From NCBI RefSeq assembly GCF_004010195.1, contig NC_057756.1, positions 3,959,232 through 4,023,231 on the forward strand: a stretch of DNA of 64,000 bases. The letters run 5' to 3'. The notes beneath the pieces are model-generated. The model was not told the DNA's origin, made no database searches, and saw nothing but the letters and a program-made list of their open reading frames with translations. Source of the stretch: Chiloscyllium plagiosum. Its lineage: Eukaryota. Both the position numbers and the translations under genes were made by a program. Every line of letters starts with the position of its first letter. The first letter of the stretch is position 1. This document shows positions 13,671 through 27,765 of this stretch, piece after piece.

Positions 13671-15190
13671 CATTCTGAGGTGATACTGGAGACCTTTCAG
13701 GGAGAGACCCAGACGAATGGAAAATCGCTAACGTGAAACCCCCTTTAAAATAAGTTGGTAGGGCAAAAGATGGAAAATTATACACTGAATAGCCTAACCT
13801 CCTTCGTGGGTAAGATCCTGGAATTCACTTGGATATTTGAGGTTTATGTATACTTGTATTTATATGGCAAAATAGGCCAAAGTCAAAAATCACACAACAC
13901 CAGATTATAGTCCAACATGTTTAAGTGGAAGCACTAGCTTTCTGAGCGCCGCTCCTTCATCAGGTAGGCCAAGTCAGCATTATTTTGTTAAGGAGTGATC
14001 CTACCTGACATAACTGTTACATTTCTTTGAGGACGTAATGAACAGGTTAGACCAAGGAGAAATAACGAATGTTATCTTCATAGATTTTAAGAAGGTGCGC
14101 CGATGAGGCTACTGAGTAATATATGAGACCATTTTGTCAGAGGCAAGATGCTTGCATGGACAAAAGCTTGGCTGTCTGGATGAAAGCAGAGAGTTGGGAT
14201 AAATGGGTCCTTATTAGAACGGCATCTGGTGATAAGGGGTGTTCTGCAAGGCTCTGTGTCGGGACCACAACTTTTCACTTTAAACATTAACGATCGGGAT
14301 GAAGAAACTGAGGACATCTGGCTAATTTGTAGTCTATACAAATATCGATAGAGGGACAGGCAGTATTGAGGAGATAACGAAGCAGCAGAAAGATTTGGAC
14401 AGGTGATGAGAGTAGGAAAATAAGTGGCAGACGGTGTACAGCATGGGCAAATATGAAGTCATGTACTTTTGCGAGAAGAGGAGAGGCCTGGAATATTTTC
14501 TAAATGAGAGAAAATTCGAAGTTTGGAGTGCAAAGAGACTTGAGAGTTCTAGTACAGGATCCCTCAAGGTAAACTTCCAGCTCAAATAGTAGTTTGGAAG
14601 GCAAATTTACTTTGAGAGGACTTGAATATAAAAGCAGGGATGTGGATCTGAGGCTTTAAAAGCATCTGGTCAGACAGCATTTAGATTATTTTGTACTGTT
14701 ATGGGCCCCATATCTCATAAATGATGTACAGGCCCAAGAGTGTGCTCAGAGGATGTCCACAGGAATGGTCACAGGAATGAATAGCTTAACATATGAAGAA
14801 TGTTTGAGGGCACTGCGATTTTACTCAATGAAATTTAAACGGATGAGGAGGGGATCTAACTGAGATGTACAGAATACTGAATGGCCTGGACAGTGTGCAT
14901 GTTGGAAAGATGTTTCTGTTAATATGAGGGACTAGGACGTGAAGACTAAAGAACGCCCTTTCGGAATGTAGATAAAGGGGAGTATCCAGCCAGAGAGTGG
15001 TGAATCATTACCGCACTGGCCTATGTAGGACAGGTCATTGGGTATATTTCAGAATGAGACAGGTAATTACTTGAGTATCAAGGGGTTCAAGTATTATAGG
15101 GAGAAGGCAGAAACATGGACCATGATTGAACAGCAGAGCAGACTCGATGGGCTGAATGAGTTAACTTCTGCACATCCGTCTTATGGTACT
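13670..15190 (+). mobile_element. Decayed CR1-type LINE, RT to 3' tail
   Basis: WKIANV.P and GVLQGSVSGPQLFTL.INDR-like motifs; tail GCAGACTCGATGGGCTGAATG..TCTTATGGT. Confidence 0.85.
13885..13965 (-). mobile_element. About 80-bp hammerhead-bearing Penelope-related insertion inside CR1
   Basis: Minus strand reads CTGATGAAGGAGCggcGCTCAGAAAGCTA; flanked by near-duplicate taggcca(a)agtca on both sides. Confidence 0.7.
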
Positions 15191-16542
15191 TTGGGCTGAT
15201 CCAACTCTTTTCAAAAATTCTGTTCAGAATACTTTCTGAACTTATTACAAAATGTCTTCATTTAGTGAGCTGAACATTAGTTTGTTTTTCGGAAACGAAA
15301 TATTTGATGTCTCTTGCCAATTTTAGAATTCGATTTTTATCTGTCTCAGTGGTCGTTTATGAGAGATATTGTTTTGAAATACAAAGTGTAGGTACGCTCT
15401 GAGATTTTAACCAGCAGAAATTATTTACAAGAACATTCATGACCAGTATATTGAACGTTCCGTATTTATCACAGAGGCCAAGCTGAACGCGAAAAAGAAA
15501 GGTAAATATAAAGAATCGTGGAATGTTGATCAAATATGTGCATGTACAGCATTCAATTATTTCCGAATGCGACATTGAATTCAAGTTTAAACTAAATTGA
15601 CGTGTTTAAATTTACGCTGTGGCTCATTCTCTTGTCACAAATTATTGTGTAACTAACAATTTTAAGTGGACATCTACAGGTATTGAACCAGTATAGACCA
15701 TTTGAATTACATAATTTACAGGAGTCTTACATTTTATCCACCAATTACGTGGACGACAGAAGCTTCAAGAATACTGAGGAAGAATTTCCTTTCTGAGAAT
15801 CAATTCCTCCACGTCAGTTACTTGCGATCACAAAAGAGAATTATTTCGCAGGTGTTGCATCACTATGTCAAACATACCATGCGTGCTATTGTAATCCTGC
15901 TGCAATTTTAAATCTGCCAATGTCATCAAGCAGAGTGAAGAATGACAGGTATCTTGAAACCTCAAGCTGTCATTAATGTCATGGATCACACGAGCGTAAA
16001 ATTTATTCTATCGTCTGTAATGTTATGATAGAAAACCTCTAATTTCAGCATTTCACATCAGTGACATTTTCACAGCATCCCATGCAACAAATCCATCTAT
16101 CATCTTCTTAACATTTTATTTATTAAGTTCAGCATTAAATAATATGGAAGTTCAAGAAAATGATCCCTATATTCCATAAATTTTGCATGGCTTTGTCACC
16201 TAAATATTACGAATTTATGAGAATTCTTTTTCATTTTATCAGTCATTGCCCTGCTTTGACACTTTCCCTCCTTTCTCTTGTTTTCTGACACGAACAGTTT
16301 GATTAAGAAGTATGTCATTTGTCCTCTTCGATGGAGTAAATGTTCCTATCTCTAGAGCATTGCCATATAATTTTAAAAAATAAACTATGTAGAAGCCTTC
16401 TCCTTCACATTGACTACACGCTAAAGAGAACATATCATACAACATTTTCTGTGGTGCACGTCTATCAATCTTGAACTGAAAATGCTTTATATCGCGTTCG
16501 TGACAGAAATATAACATTTATCGCTTTCAATTTCCACTTTAG

Positions 16543-16578
16543 ACATTACAAAGCTGCAAAACCAAATAGATGAACTTG
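16543..16578 (+). CDS. 36-nt phase-1/1 micro-exon 5, (D)ITKLQNQIDEL
   Basis: tttccactttag|ACATTAC...GAACTTG|gtaaga; I2/L5/I9/L12 heptad pattern. Confidence 0.85.
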
Positions 16579-18347
16579 GTAAGAATTTAGGTTAGGGATT
16601 ATTTTCTCTCTAACGAGCGGTATCACCTTGTAGAAACAGACTGTGTCGGGCCTTGGATTCAGAACACACAAATTCAACAAAATCTGTACTGAAAATCTGT
16701 CACATATGTATGCAATAAGAACTTTATTATATTCGAGAAAAATAAAAGGAAAGTGGAAATTAGAATATGAAGATAAATTTTAAATTTTGCGAAATGAACA
16801 TGCAGAGAGGAAATGTAAGTAATCACGTTGTAAACGTGTCTGAAATCGTTGAATGACTGTTGGAAAAAGTGACAAGGCTTTTGCTAATAAAAAAAAAAGA
16901 AACTCAGCCCAAACGATGGGAAATTAGTCTTTAGAATAAATAATAAATGAAGTGAACGTGTATACTGGAGATTAAGATTCTGCTCATGCTAAAACTGTCA
17001 CCAAAACACTATTTCATGGTTTGGTAATGTGCAATATCAACACCTTAAAACACGAGAAAAGTGGTTTAAATGATGGTGAGGATAAAATTATCACATTGAG
17101 CGAAATTCGCTAACAAATTAAATGTTAAGCCAGAGCATTCATTTTATTCCCTAAGGTGTTTGGTCTACTTGTCTAAGGTAGGATGCACCTGCCTTAAATG
17201 GAAATCAAGGAGTGTGCACAGAAATGTGATTTGGAATTGATTGATATGGCATATTTTAAGCAACGGAAGAACAATTGTTTAGTTTTCCTACAAACTAGGG
17301 TACCCAGTTGACAGCACGCAGATTCATCACAGTTTTCAACAGGATGGACGCGGAAGACATGTTTACGATTCTTAGTGCTCATATGCAATGGTAACCATTG
17401 GTAAGCAACGGTTTAATATTTAGAGCAGAGTTAATTAAGAAATTAACAAACCAGAAGGATATAATTCTTTGGACTGTTATATGTTATGGAGTCTCAATCG
17501 TTTAGTGTTTTCAAGACAATTAAAATCATCTTAATAAATGCCATATTTATTCTGACTCCAGTATGAGGGCATTGTTTTCGATATAAGACTAAATATGACA
17601 TAGCTAAATGTTAGAGCATGTGGCGGTTTCATGACCTACAAATGTCCAATTCAACTTTTGCTGATATTACAAACTATCAGTCTGACTATCAGTCTCATTA
17701 AAATCTATTCAGGTAAAGATCACAAATTATAGGATCTAAACAGCGCTGAAGTAAGCCATTTCGACCATTGTGATTGTAGGGGCATCATTACCTAGTGACT
17801 ATCTCATGTCTTTCAAACTGATCCTTGTTTTTTTTTGTTTGAAATAAACTGAGGGTATGCGTGAGTAAAGCTCACTGCATACGTCATGGCCCATTTAAAA
17901 AAAAATCTGAACACTCATAGCAGTCAGTCTACTTCTTTTGGCACAACTTTTGAATTTGTCGCAGCAGTTTTATATAGTTCTCAATAATATTCCTACAAAA
18001 TCACATTAAAACATACATCTCTGCATTTGAACATCATCTGTCACTTCACTATCCAGGCCACCAAATGATGAATACGCCTTTGGAGTTTGAAGTATGCTGT
18101 CCCTCGGTAGACAAACTTGTTTTTTTTTTGATCTCTAAGAAGCTGCAATCCTACCTTAAATAATTATTTCATACTCACGTGCTTATCGAAGACTTTGGGA
18201 CTACTCTATATTTCTGCTGCTTGTCATTTTTTTCCAATAATTCATCTTTGAATTGTTGCGTTTGCTCTTTCACACACGCTCTGAGTCGTTGGAGCCCCCT
18301 TGGTTACACGTTCTTACTTTTCTTTCCTTTGCATTAAAATGTGTTGA

Positions 18348-18690
18348 AGGTGGCAAGGTGGCTCAGTGGTTAGCACTGCTGCCTCACAGCGCTAGAGACA
18401 TGGTACTTAATTAAAAACCGGGTCACTGTCTTTGTGGAGCTTGCACATTCTCTCCGGATCTGTATGGTTTTCCTGCGGGTGGTCCCGCTTCCACTTACAG
18501 TCGCAAAAAAGTGCAGGTAAGACGCATTGGCCATGCTAAATTGCCCATAGTGTTTAGGGATGTTACGTTTAGGCGCGATACTCAGGGGTAGTTATAGGAT
18601 GTTGGTGAATTGGTCTGAGGAGAATACTGTTCAGAGTTCGGTGTGAACTTGTTAAACCAAAGGGCCCTTTCCCACATTGTAGGCATTCTA
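18348..18690 (+). mobile_element. HE1-type SINE, diverged
   Basis: GGTGGCTCAGTGGTTAGCACTGCTGCCTCACAGCG head; CATTGGCCATGCTAAATTGCCC core; similar to 13011-13328. Confidence 0.9.
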
Positions 18691-18864
18691 TCAATGTGAA
18701 AAGCACAATTCTTCTTTGTAATGACGTTCCTTTCTCCGTGTTATCACTGAGGGGGTGCTCAAATGCTTCTGTATTTGACGGAATAAGACCCATTTGCGAA
18801 TGAATAACTTTTTTTTTGCAGGTAGCCCAATCCTTATGATTGTTTTCTTCCTTGCTCACCACTT

Positions 18865-19330
18865 TTAACCCGGAAGAAAGTTAGCCACCAGGATACACGA
18901 AAGCCAGTTAGCCACTAAAGGACACGCCCATCTCTCCCTCGGAGTCCTACACACGGATGAAAAAAAAACACCATTTCGAATGTGACAACACATCTATCCT
19001 GGGACAGGCGAAGCAAAGACATGCCAGAGAATTCCGAGAGGCCTGTCACTCCATCCACAACGCCATAAACAAACACATAGATCTCGATACCATCTATCAA
19101 CCCCTCAGAAAACGAACAGGAAATGACATCACCACAAACCCCAGGAACCCCATCCAGGACAAACATATAAATAGAAAGCAGGAGACAACAGCTTCGCTTC
19201 ACTTGGAGGTCGACACTGATGATGTTACCTAGCCAGGTAATGAAACGTCTGGGTATCAAACCTACACTTCAGCGAGTAAGCCTACACGCTAAACCTCAAC
19301 CTGAGCTACAAACCTTCACAAACCTTGCCA
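18865..19330 (+). mobile_element. Penelope-like element 3' fragment (GIY-YIG C-terminus plus terminal repeat)
   Basis: GRKLATRIHE and HFECDNTSILGQAKQRHAREFREACHS..INKHIDLDTIYQPLR; homologous to 13350-13660. Confidence 0.85.
19212..19253 (+). ncRNA. Minimal hammerhead ribozyme motif in the Penelope terminal repeat
   Basis: CTGATGA-T-GTTACC-tagcca-GGTAAT-GAAA-CG-TC. Confidence 0.65.
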
Positions 19331-21479
19331 CAGAACAACAATGTGGAGACACCAGTCCTCCAAAACAAAAAGAAACTATGAATTGATGATCAATCTTTTA
19401 TCCAGCTTTACAGCTTCTGTGAGATCCGGTTTGCACATGCCCTTCTTCTGTTTATAGTTCTGTATTTGTCAGATAGAAAACATAGATACAGTTGTACATG
19501 AAGCAACATAATTGAACATAGATTTAGAGAAAACATTTGTTGGAATACTCAGTAGAAAAGTTAGACACTGTTGTTCCACATCAGGAAGCACTGCCAACGT
19601 TTCTCACCGGGTGAACTCAATTTAACACTAAATTTGAGCAGATTGCCTTACATATGTTGTATCTGCGAAAGCTAAAGTTTATGTTGATCGTAGTTAGTTT
19701 CTTACTGAAACGTTTTTCAAAAGTGTCAGCGTACTGATGCGTTTACTTTGTGTATGAAAGCTTTATTCACTCTTTTGTTTTAGATTTGACACATAATAAA
19801 TAGTAAGACACCACCAATTTTTTCTCTTGATCGTGCGAGGTTATTCGTAATATATTTATTCGTTTAGTTCATGGAATTGAACAGAAGACATCTGATTAGG
19901 CGTTGGAGAGAATGCGTAAACTGCCATTGGCCTGAAGAGGTGAAACGATACCGGTATTCAATGGAGAATGAATTTTGTAAAATTGTCTTGTTTCAAATTT
20001 GATAAAGCCATTTCTGGGCTTCCCGAGCAAATATCCAACATTTCTATACTTGCAGCGTTAGATATAGTGCTCGTGGGAAAACAAGGCAAAGTCAGAATGC
20101 CCACTGTCACTTTACCACTTCTAAAGACAAAATGATAGTGCTGTGTGTGGAACGTGAGATTTAGTTTCCTGGGAGCTTTGTTATTAAATTGCAAACAGAA
20201 AGTAGCACATCATCATTGTAGTAATAGTCTGTGATCTCTTTTGAGTATCACGGCCTACCAATGCTTACTGTTTAATCAAACACTTTTAAACTGTTTCTGC
20301 AAATAAATGGTAACACTTAGCTAATGTCAGTGCAATTCGAATAAGCAATTCAGCTCAAAATCAAGATTGCAGATACGTAACTTCTCACAATACTGTGGAC
20401 AGCTGGAGTTTGCTCAAAAACCGACATTCATGTCGAGTTTTTTGCTGATACCTTTAGATAGTTTGCTGCCATGAAATGTTGAACAGTCTTATGGTTCTGT
20501 AATATACAATTGAATTAATAAATTACATAAAGAAGCATATTAATGTGTTATTCGGCGATTTCCATGTTGTTTTAGAAATAAACAAACTCCTTCTAAATGT
20601 ATGAAGAAGACAGCCTAGACTTAACTTCTTTTCTTATTTGTAAGGTAAGTTTTAGCTGTTGCACTCCAAATGCAATTTGATCGTCAATTTCTTCAATTTT
20701 AGGCAAAAGCACATCATTCTTACATTACAGTTAAAATGAAAGCACAAGGGATAATGAAAGAACACAATTATCTCTGTTGAATTTAAAAAAGAGATCTATA
20801 ATAATAACTGACCACCAATTAACTGTTTCAATAACATAATGTGCCAATAACAAACTGTTGACACCGGCAACTTCAGGGAAATGGTATGTCTCACATGAAA
20901 TCTGAAAATGGGAACAGAACTCCAGATGTTAGCAACAAAAGGGAAATGAATAACATCTTCCAAGTCCAGCCTCAAGACCAAAATAGGTCAACAGCACAAA
21001 ATAAAAGTCTTTGTTCTGAAAGAGGTTTGCCAGAGATTCAGCACGTTTCGAGTGTTCCCACTTAAAAAAAAAACACGAAGAACTCACAAGCTGTTTAACT
21101 TATTGGATTTGAACGGATTGCACAGTGCCTCTGACTCATTTTCTCCAGAAAAGGAAACCAGACAAGATACACTCCTTCCATAATATCGTTGGAATGTGCA
21201 CAAGCAATATTGGAGAATGTACGGTTGACTTCAATAATTTCCAGAACAACTTATCGAACTCGGTAGCCTCGTCAGAAACTGATAAGACACGCAACGGTCA
21301 GTGTGACAAGATATTAATCTTTCTATCGCTCGCTTTAACTGCGCAAATGCGTTTTCCAATATGACAATTATTTTGAGTGATAATTATGTGCATACGGTGG
21401 AACTAAACTCAATCATCAGCCTTAAAATAGCCATTCACATCCATCTGAGTTTTACCTGCACTTCCGTACATTTTAGCTG

Positions 21480-22030
21480 CTGTATCCTTTGCTCGCAATG
21501 TGATCTCATTTACACTGGGGAGACATAAGGCTACTTATAGGGCGCTTCAGAGAAAATCTCTGAGGCGTTCGGGCTAACAAACCCCACCACACCATGGCCG
21601 AACACTTCTAGTCCCCCTCCCACTCTGACAATGACATGCATGTCCTGGGCCTCCTCCATTGCCATACGTACGACATGCGATGCCAAGAGGGAGAACACCT
21701 AGTCTTCTGCCTTGCGACCCTTCAACCACATAGCATCAATGTGGACTTCACAAGTTTACTAATTTACACTCCCCCAACTTATCCCAGTTCCAACCTTCCA
21801 TCACGGTACCATTATCTTCCCCACTTATCCACTCAACCCTCCTCTCTGACCTATCAACATTACCCTCACGTCCATCTACATATTGTATTCTCAGCTACTT
21901 ACCCACAGCACAACCACATCCCATTTATCTTTCTATCACGTCGGCTCACAAGCCTCATTCCTGATGAAGGACTGGAGACATCGATTTTCCAGCTCCTCGG
22001 ATGCTTTTCCAGCAGCACACTCCCAACTGT
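21480..22030 (+). mobile_element. Decayed Penelope-like element of a second family
   Basis: CILCSQCDLIYTGET GIY-YIG-like motif, VLGLLHC..EHLVFCLATLQPHSINVDF, pyrimidine-rich tract, ending CCTGATGAAGG..CTTTTCCAGCA like the palindromic short element. Confidence 0.75.
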
Positions 22031-22099
22031 GATTTTGTGCACATGTATTGTGTGTTCTATATTTCTAGATGTATTCTGTGTCTTTTTATCGTTTTGAAG

Positions 22100-25000
22100 A
22101 CAGGTTGTTGGACAGAAATTCCACGCTAGCTTTTGAAAGTCAATAAGGAAATTTAAAAAAATAAAGATTAGAAGGCGTAGTTTTCTTGGTTTAACTGGAG
22201 GCAGGTATAACAGAAGCAGTTTGGATGGGTAGGGAAAACTCCTCCAGAACTGATATTTTTCGTTTTGATTTTCAACAGTAGTTGTGACTGAGTCGATTAG
22301 GTTTTTTTAAAAATTTGGAGTGCATGTCTCACTGCTATAATCTTCCAGAGTTTTGTTTGTTTATTTTTTCATCGATTTAGATTGGGAAATTGCCTGTGGG
22401 ACAAACTTTTCTTTTTCTGAACGTGTCTTTTAGCAAACGTGACTTTATGGCACGTTGCTATGTTGAAACACGAAGCTAGCAGCAGTTACTGCATCTTTAC
22501 TTTGTTAAGCATTTTCGTATAATTGCAGCTGAGGTAATTCCTTTCTTTTAATTTAATCTGTTATATTTCAAATAAGGTGTCTCGAAACGTAGATCTTGCT
22601 TCACACTGGTAGTTTACCCTGCTGAATTGAATCTGGAAGTCAATATTTGACAACTACCTTCAAAACACAAAAATGGTACGGTTTAGACCATCCTCTTAAT
22701 ATATTTTGAGTTGGTTTGGACTCAGTCAAAACAACCTGATGAATCTTGTCGGAATCAAAATCTTTAATTTGTGGTTGGCCTTAGGATACATTACACAAAG
22801 GCAGTGAGTGGCAAATGTCTTTTTTAAAATGTCATTTCTAGAAGAAAAAATAAAGAAAACAGGCGTCAAAATAAGGAGAAGAAAGTGAAGAAGAATTTTT
22901 TGAGCTTCTAAATTTGGAACTGAAAATCAAATTGTTTTTTAAAATTGGGATGTTTGAGTTGAAAGGCAGGAACAGTGATGACAATAGTGTTGGAAGCAAT
23001 CGCTTTGGAGCTAAATGGCTCCTGACACTCAGTTTAAATATGTCCACGGTTTGCTTAAGTGCGACGCCAAGAATGTGGAGTCTTTTTTTTTTAAATTTCA
23101 TTTGGGAACATGTTTAAATGAAATGACATGACAGGTGACCATGTGGGTATCGTTGCTTCAAACAAAGTTGTTCGGTGCACTAGTGCAGTATTTGCATCAC
23201 TTCCAGAACTACCATGCAGTGCAAAATGAGGTCAAAAATGATAACTTAAGTGCAAACGAGAATGTGTAAGAAATATACATAAAGTGGTAACCTCATCAAA
23301 TGGTCATTGAATTTGAAAGGATTACCTCAGGTAACATTGATAGGTGAATACACACGTTCAAGATATGAAGTTGTCAGAGAGATGATTGTTTTAGAGGTTG
23401 TCACATCTTCACTTCCTGAAGAAATGAGTACTTCTGAGGGAAAGTATCTACTGAAAACTGAAAGACTAGTGTTTGACTTCCGAAATCAATTTCAAATTGT
23501 GAATGATCGAAATTAAGGGAAAGAGAATTCCTCAGATGGTTCGGGATGACAGCGAAAATAATTCAACACACAGTGAGAAGGAAACCCTTTTAGAGGGAAA
23601 AGAATTCAAAAAGCTCATAGGTCTGATTAAGTCATACCGTTAGCAGTTCAGAAATAGCACTGGAAGATTAATGTAGGAAAGAGGATAAACAGGAGAGTTT
23701 TATTTACGTGTAAAGGAAAGCATATTGAAAGCTAAAAGTCACAAAAGAGTGTACATTCCGGTCAGGGCTACGATGAGAACAACTTGTCAGAGCTCTTCAA
23801 AGAATTTCCTTGCGAGGATAAACTTTGCTCATGTGTGTCAGAAGGAGCGTGCAAAGAAATCAACATTTTAAGATAACACGAGCAAAATAGTCTTTAATAG
23901 GGTGAGATTTGAAGAGATGTGTAATTTAGAAAGCGTATTGCCAGAAAAGGTAATAATATGTGGATTTCGCAGCGATAGGTGTGATATTCCATGATGTAAA
24001 GTGAGGTTGGTAGTCTGGTGAAAAATGTGTGAAATTGTGGTCGCAAAACTGGAGACATTTTCAATTCCATTCACACAGTTTATCCTTGGTAATAATATAG
24101 CTGGATAACAGGCAGCAGTGATACCTAATGTAGATAAATAGCTATGGGAAAATCAGGCAAATAGTGTATTACAATAAATACATCATGGAATATTTCCTCA
24201 CTGTATCGAAATAAGGTCAGAGGACCACAGCTCTAAGCAAAAGTGGACATCATCGAGTAAATGATTATGAAGTTTAAGTTCAACGATCAGAGACTATTGA
24301 TAGAACAAAAGGTTGAGAATGAAAAGAAAAAAACAGGCAGAGCACAAAGTGAATATTTCATTTCAGAGAAATTCGCCGAATTATAATGGAAGGGTGCAAA
24401 TCTAATGCAGCTGTACCAAGAATCAATTGGAATGGAAGAATCTAAGTTTGTCCCAAAAAAGCAGACTTTAATCAAGTTGTAACAGTGGGAGTCAAAGAAA
24501 AGAGGTGCTGCGCGTAAACCATTGATTAAAATTAGTTGATCATTTGGGAGTGTGGATAACTTAAGCCCAAATAAAAATATGCTTTTATTGTCCTGGACTG
24601 CACAAGGATGCGGTTGAATTTTGCTGAAATTGTAAAGATGTTATTCATTGTAAAACCTCAGGCAGCAATAAAACCAGCACCGTTGATACACATGCCAATA
24701 TTTGAAGACTGCTGCACCGGATTCTTACTTAATTGTCTGATAACGCTCCATAAACAAACGTGGGAATTAGTATTTGTTGACCTCAATTAATGCGTCATCT
24801 TGGTTTTCATGAACAACTCCACTAAATAATAGCATAGCTAAAAGAATTTGACAAGTGTTACTCCTTTTATTTCAATGTATTTAGGCTACAGACAGAGGTG
24901 CAATGGGACCAAGGGTCAAATTGTACGTTAATTTACTCCATTAATTATTGGCTGTTAGTAATTTTAAAAAAAAATATCAAATCCATTGCATACTATTCAG

Positions 25001-25800
25001 AATCACAAATAACATTTGAATGGTGTCATCAAACTATGAAGACCATGTTGACGGTTTATAATGAATACTGTCCAGAATATAGGTTAAAAAAACTAACTTT
25101 ATTTGTACATTTCGCAAACAGTGATACACCTAGTGAGAAAACTAAATTAAGTCAATTTGACTTATTGTTTGGCTATTAGGTTAGCTGGTATTAAGGAGCA
25201 GATTTCGAAGAAAACACAAATCCATGTATACGTAATTAGGGAAAGATTAAATAGAACAAATAAATTTGCGACACAGCATTTAGAAAACAAATCCCAGGAT
25301 GTATGAAAGAGGAAGCATACAAATTTTTTTTAAAAATTCTGCCCAAGGAGATGACGTTTTACTATCAATTGCAGTTATAGGTGAACTTTAAAGGCAAGTC
25401 TTAATGAGCCCTATCAAATTGAAAGGAAATTGAGTGAAATTGGACAATTTAGTAAGAATGCCAGATAGATGAAATCTCCCAGACTCTGTCGTGTGAATCT
25501 ACTTTAAAGTAGATTTTAACCCGGAGGAAAGAAAAAGACGAATATGTTATTGATTCCAACAGAGAGTGAGGATCGAAGTTCAGATTATTTTGAATGGAAC
25601 ATTTCTCAAATTAAATTGCAATTAGGATGTTCTTAAAAATTGTGGGAAAACATTGAGTGGCATTCCAGAGGAAAATCTAAATAGCCCAAAACAGTCACGA
25701 CAATCACATGAGGAGATATGTGGGAATTACTATGAAGTATTAATATGATTACACAAACTCATAGGAAAAGCGATAAGGACCTTAAAAGTGTTCTCATGCA
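22100..25800 (+). mobile_element. Heavily decayed Gypsy (Gmr1-like) LTR retrotransposon: gag to integrase
   Basis: Integrase core remnant QWDQGSNCT..SIAYYSESQITFEWCHQTMKTML (24898..25179); colinear similarity with 52550-55640. Confidence 0.75.
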
Positions 25801-26479
25801 ACTAGGTCAGAAGGTAAAAAGCATGTTGAGAAGAACTATCATATCAGGATTACGGTGGTGTGCCACATGCCACTGAAGTGAAAAACCAGGACCGAGTGCA
25901 ACTAAACACTTGGCTACAGGGCTGGTGCGGGTGGGAATGTTCCTGATATGTGAATTATTAGGGTACATTGTGGAGAAGATGGAACCTGCACATGATGAAA
26001 GGGTTGCACTTCAGCCAGAGCGGCATCTAGATCCTGGTCATTAGATTTGCTGGAGCAATTCGGTTGAGTACAAACTAGTTTGGCAGGAGGATGGGAACCA
26101 GAACAACACATCAGAAGAAAACGTAGTTGTCGATCGGATAGAAATACAATGCAGAGAGTCTAGCAGGAAGGATACGCAGTCAGTAGGAGAAAGGGCTAAA
26201 AGTTTGTCTGTTTCGACGCAAGTAGTGTCAGAAATAAGCGTGATGAACTTCGAGCACGGATCATAACTTGAAAGTATGATGTTGTGGCCAATAGTGAGAC
26301 ATGGGTTTCACACGTGCACGAACAGGGGAGGGTGGTAAAAGAGGAATGGTAGTGGCAGTGTTAATTAGAGAATGCAGCACAGCTGCAAGAAAGAAGTTTC
26401 GTGAGGATGGTTTCTCTAGTGAATCAGTGTAGTTGGAAGTGTTTGCATGTATTTGGAAGGCGAAAGACTGATTTGGGAT

Positions 26480-27765
26480 GGTCAACATGGCTTTGTGCGT
26501 GGGAAATTGTGTCTCACAAACTTGATTGAGTTTTTTGAAGAAGTACCATTATTGATGAGGGCAGGGGAGTAGACGTCATCGACATGGACTTCAGTAAATT
26601 GTTCAACAATGTTCCCCATGGAAGACTGGTTCACAAGTTCAGATGTCTTGCAATACAGGGAGAACGAGCCATATGGAAACAGAACTGGCTCAAAGTAGAA
26701 GTCAGAGCGGGGTGATGGCTGTTTGTTTTTCCGACTGGAGGCTTGTGACCAGTGGAGTGCCACAAGCATCTGTGTTGGGTCCTCTGCTTTTTTGTCATTT
26801 ATATAAATGGTTTGTATGTGAGCATAAGAGGTATAGTTACGAAATTTGCGAATGACACCACTATTGGAGGTGCCGTGGACAGTGGAGAAGGCTAGCTGAG
26901 ACGACAACGGGATCTTGATCAGTATGGGCAATGAGCTGAGAAATGGCAGATGGAGTTTAATTTAGATAAATGCGAGGTGCTGCGTTTTGGGTAAACAAAT
27001 CTTAGCAGGACTTATACACTTAATGGAAAGTTTCTGGGGAGCGTTGCTGAATAGAGACCTTGGAGTGCAGGTTCATAGCAACTTGAAAGTGGAGTTGCAG
27101 ATAGATAGGATAGCAAAGATGGCGTGTGGTATGCTTTCCTTTATTGGTAAGAGTATTGAGTACAGGAGGTGGGAGGTCATGTTGCATCTGTACAAGATTT
27201 GGTTCGGCCACTTTTGGAGTATTGCATGCAAATCTGATCTCCTTCCTTTTGGAAGAATGTTTTGAAACTTGAAAGGGTTCAGAAAAGATTTACAAGGATG
27301 TTGCCAGGGTTGGAGCATTTGACATACAGGGAGAGTTTTCATAGTTTGGGGCTGCTTCCCCTGGAGGATTGGAGGCTGAGAGATGACCTTATAAAGGTAT
27401 ATAAAGTTATGAGGGGCATGCATAGGATAAATAGATAAAGTCTCTTTCCTGGGGGGGTGGAGTCCAAAAATATAGGACATAGTTTTAGGCTGAGAGGGGA
27501 AAGATATAAAGGAGATTTAAATGGCTATGTTTTCACACAGTGGATGGTATGTGTATGGAATGAGCTGCCAGAGGAAGTGGTGGAGGTTCGTACAATTGCA
27601 ACATCTGAAAGGCATCTGGATGAGATTATGATTAGGAAGGGTTTGGAGGGATATGTGCTGGACAATGGCAGGTTTGACTAGATGAGGTTGGGATATCTGG
27701 TCAGCATGGACGGGTTGGACCAGAAGGTCTGTTTCCGTGCTGCACATCTCTATGACTCTATGACT
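26480..27765 (+). mobile_element. Nested 5'-truncated CR1/HER1 LINE
   Basis: SDWRLVTSGVPQASVLGPLLF; ends in CTCTATGACTCTATGACT tandem tail. Confidence 0.9.

Noticed and set aside
19784..20598. 19-nt (19784-19802) and 23-nt (20576-20598) exon-like segments
   Set aside because: Individually frameshifting, and joining them creates TAA at the junction
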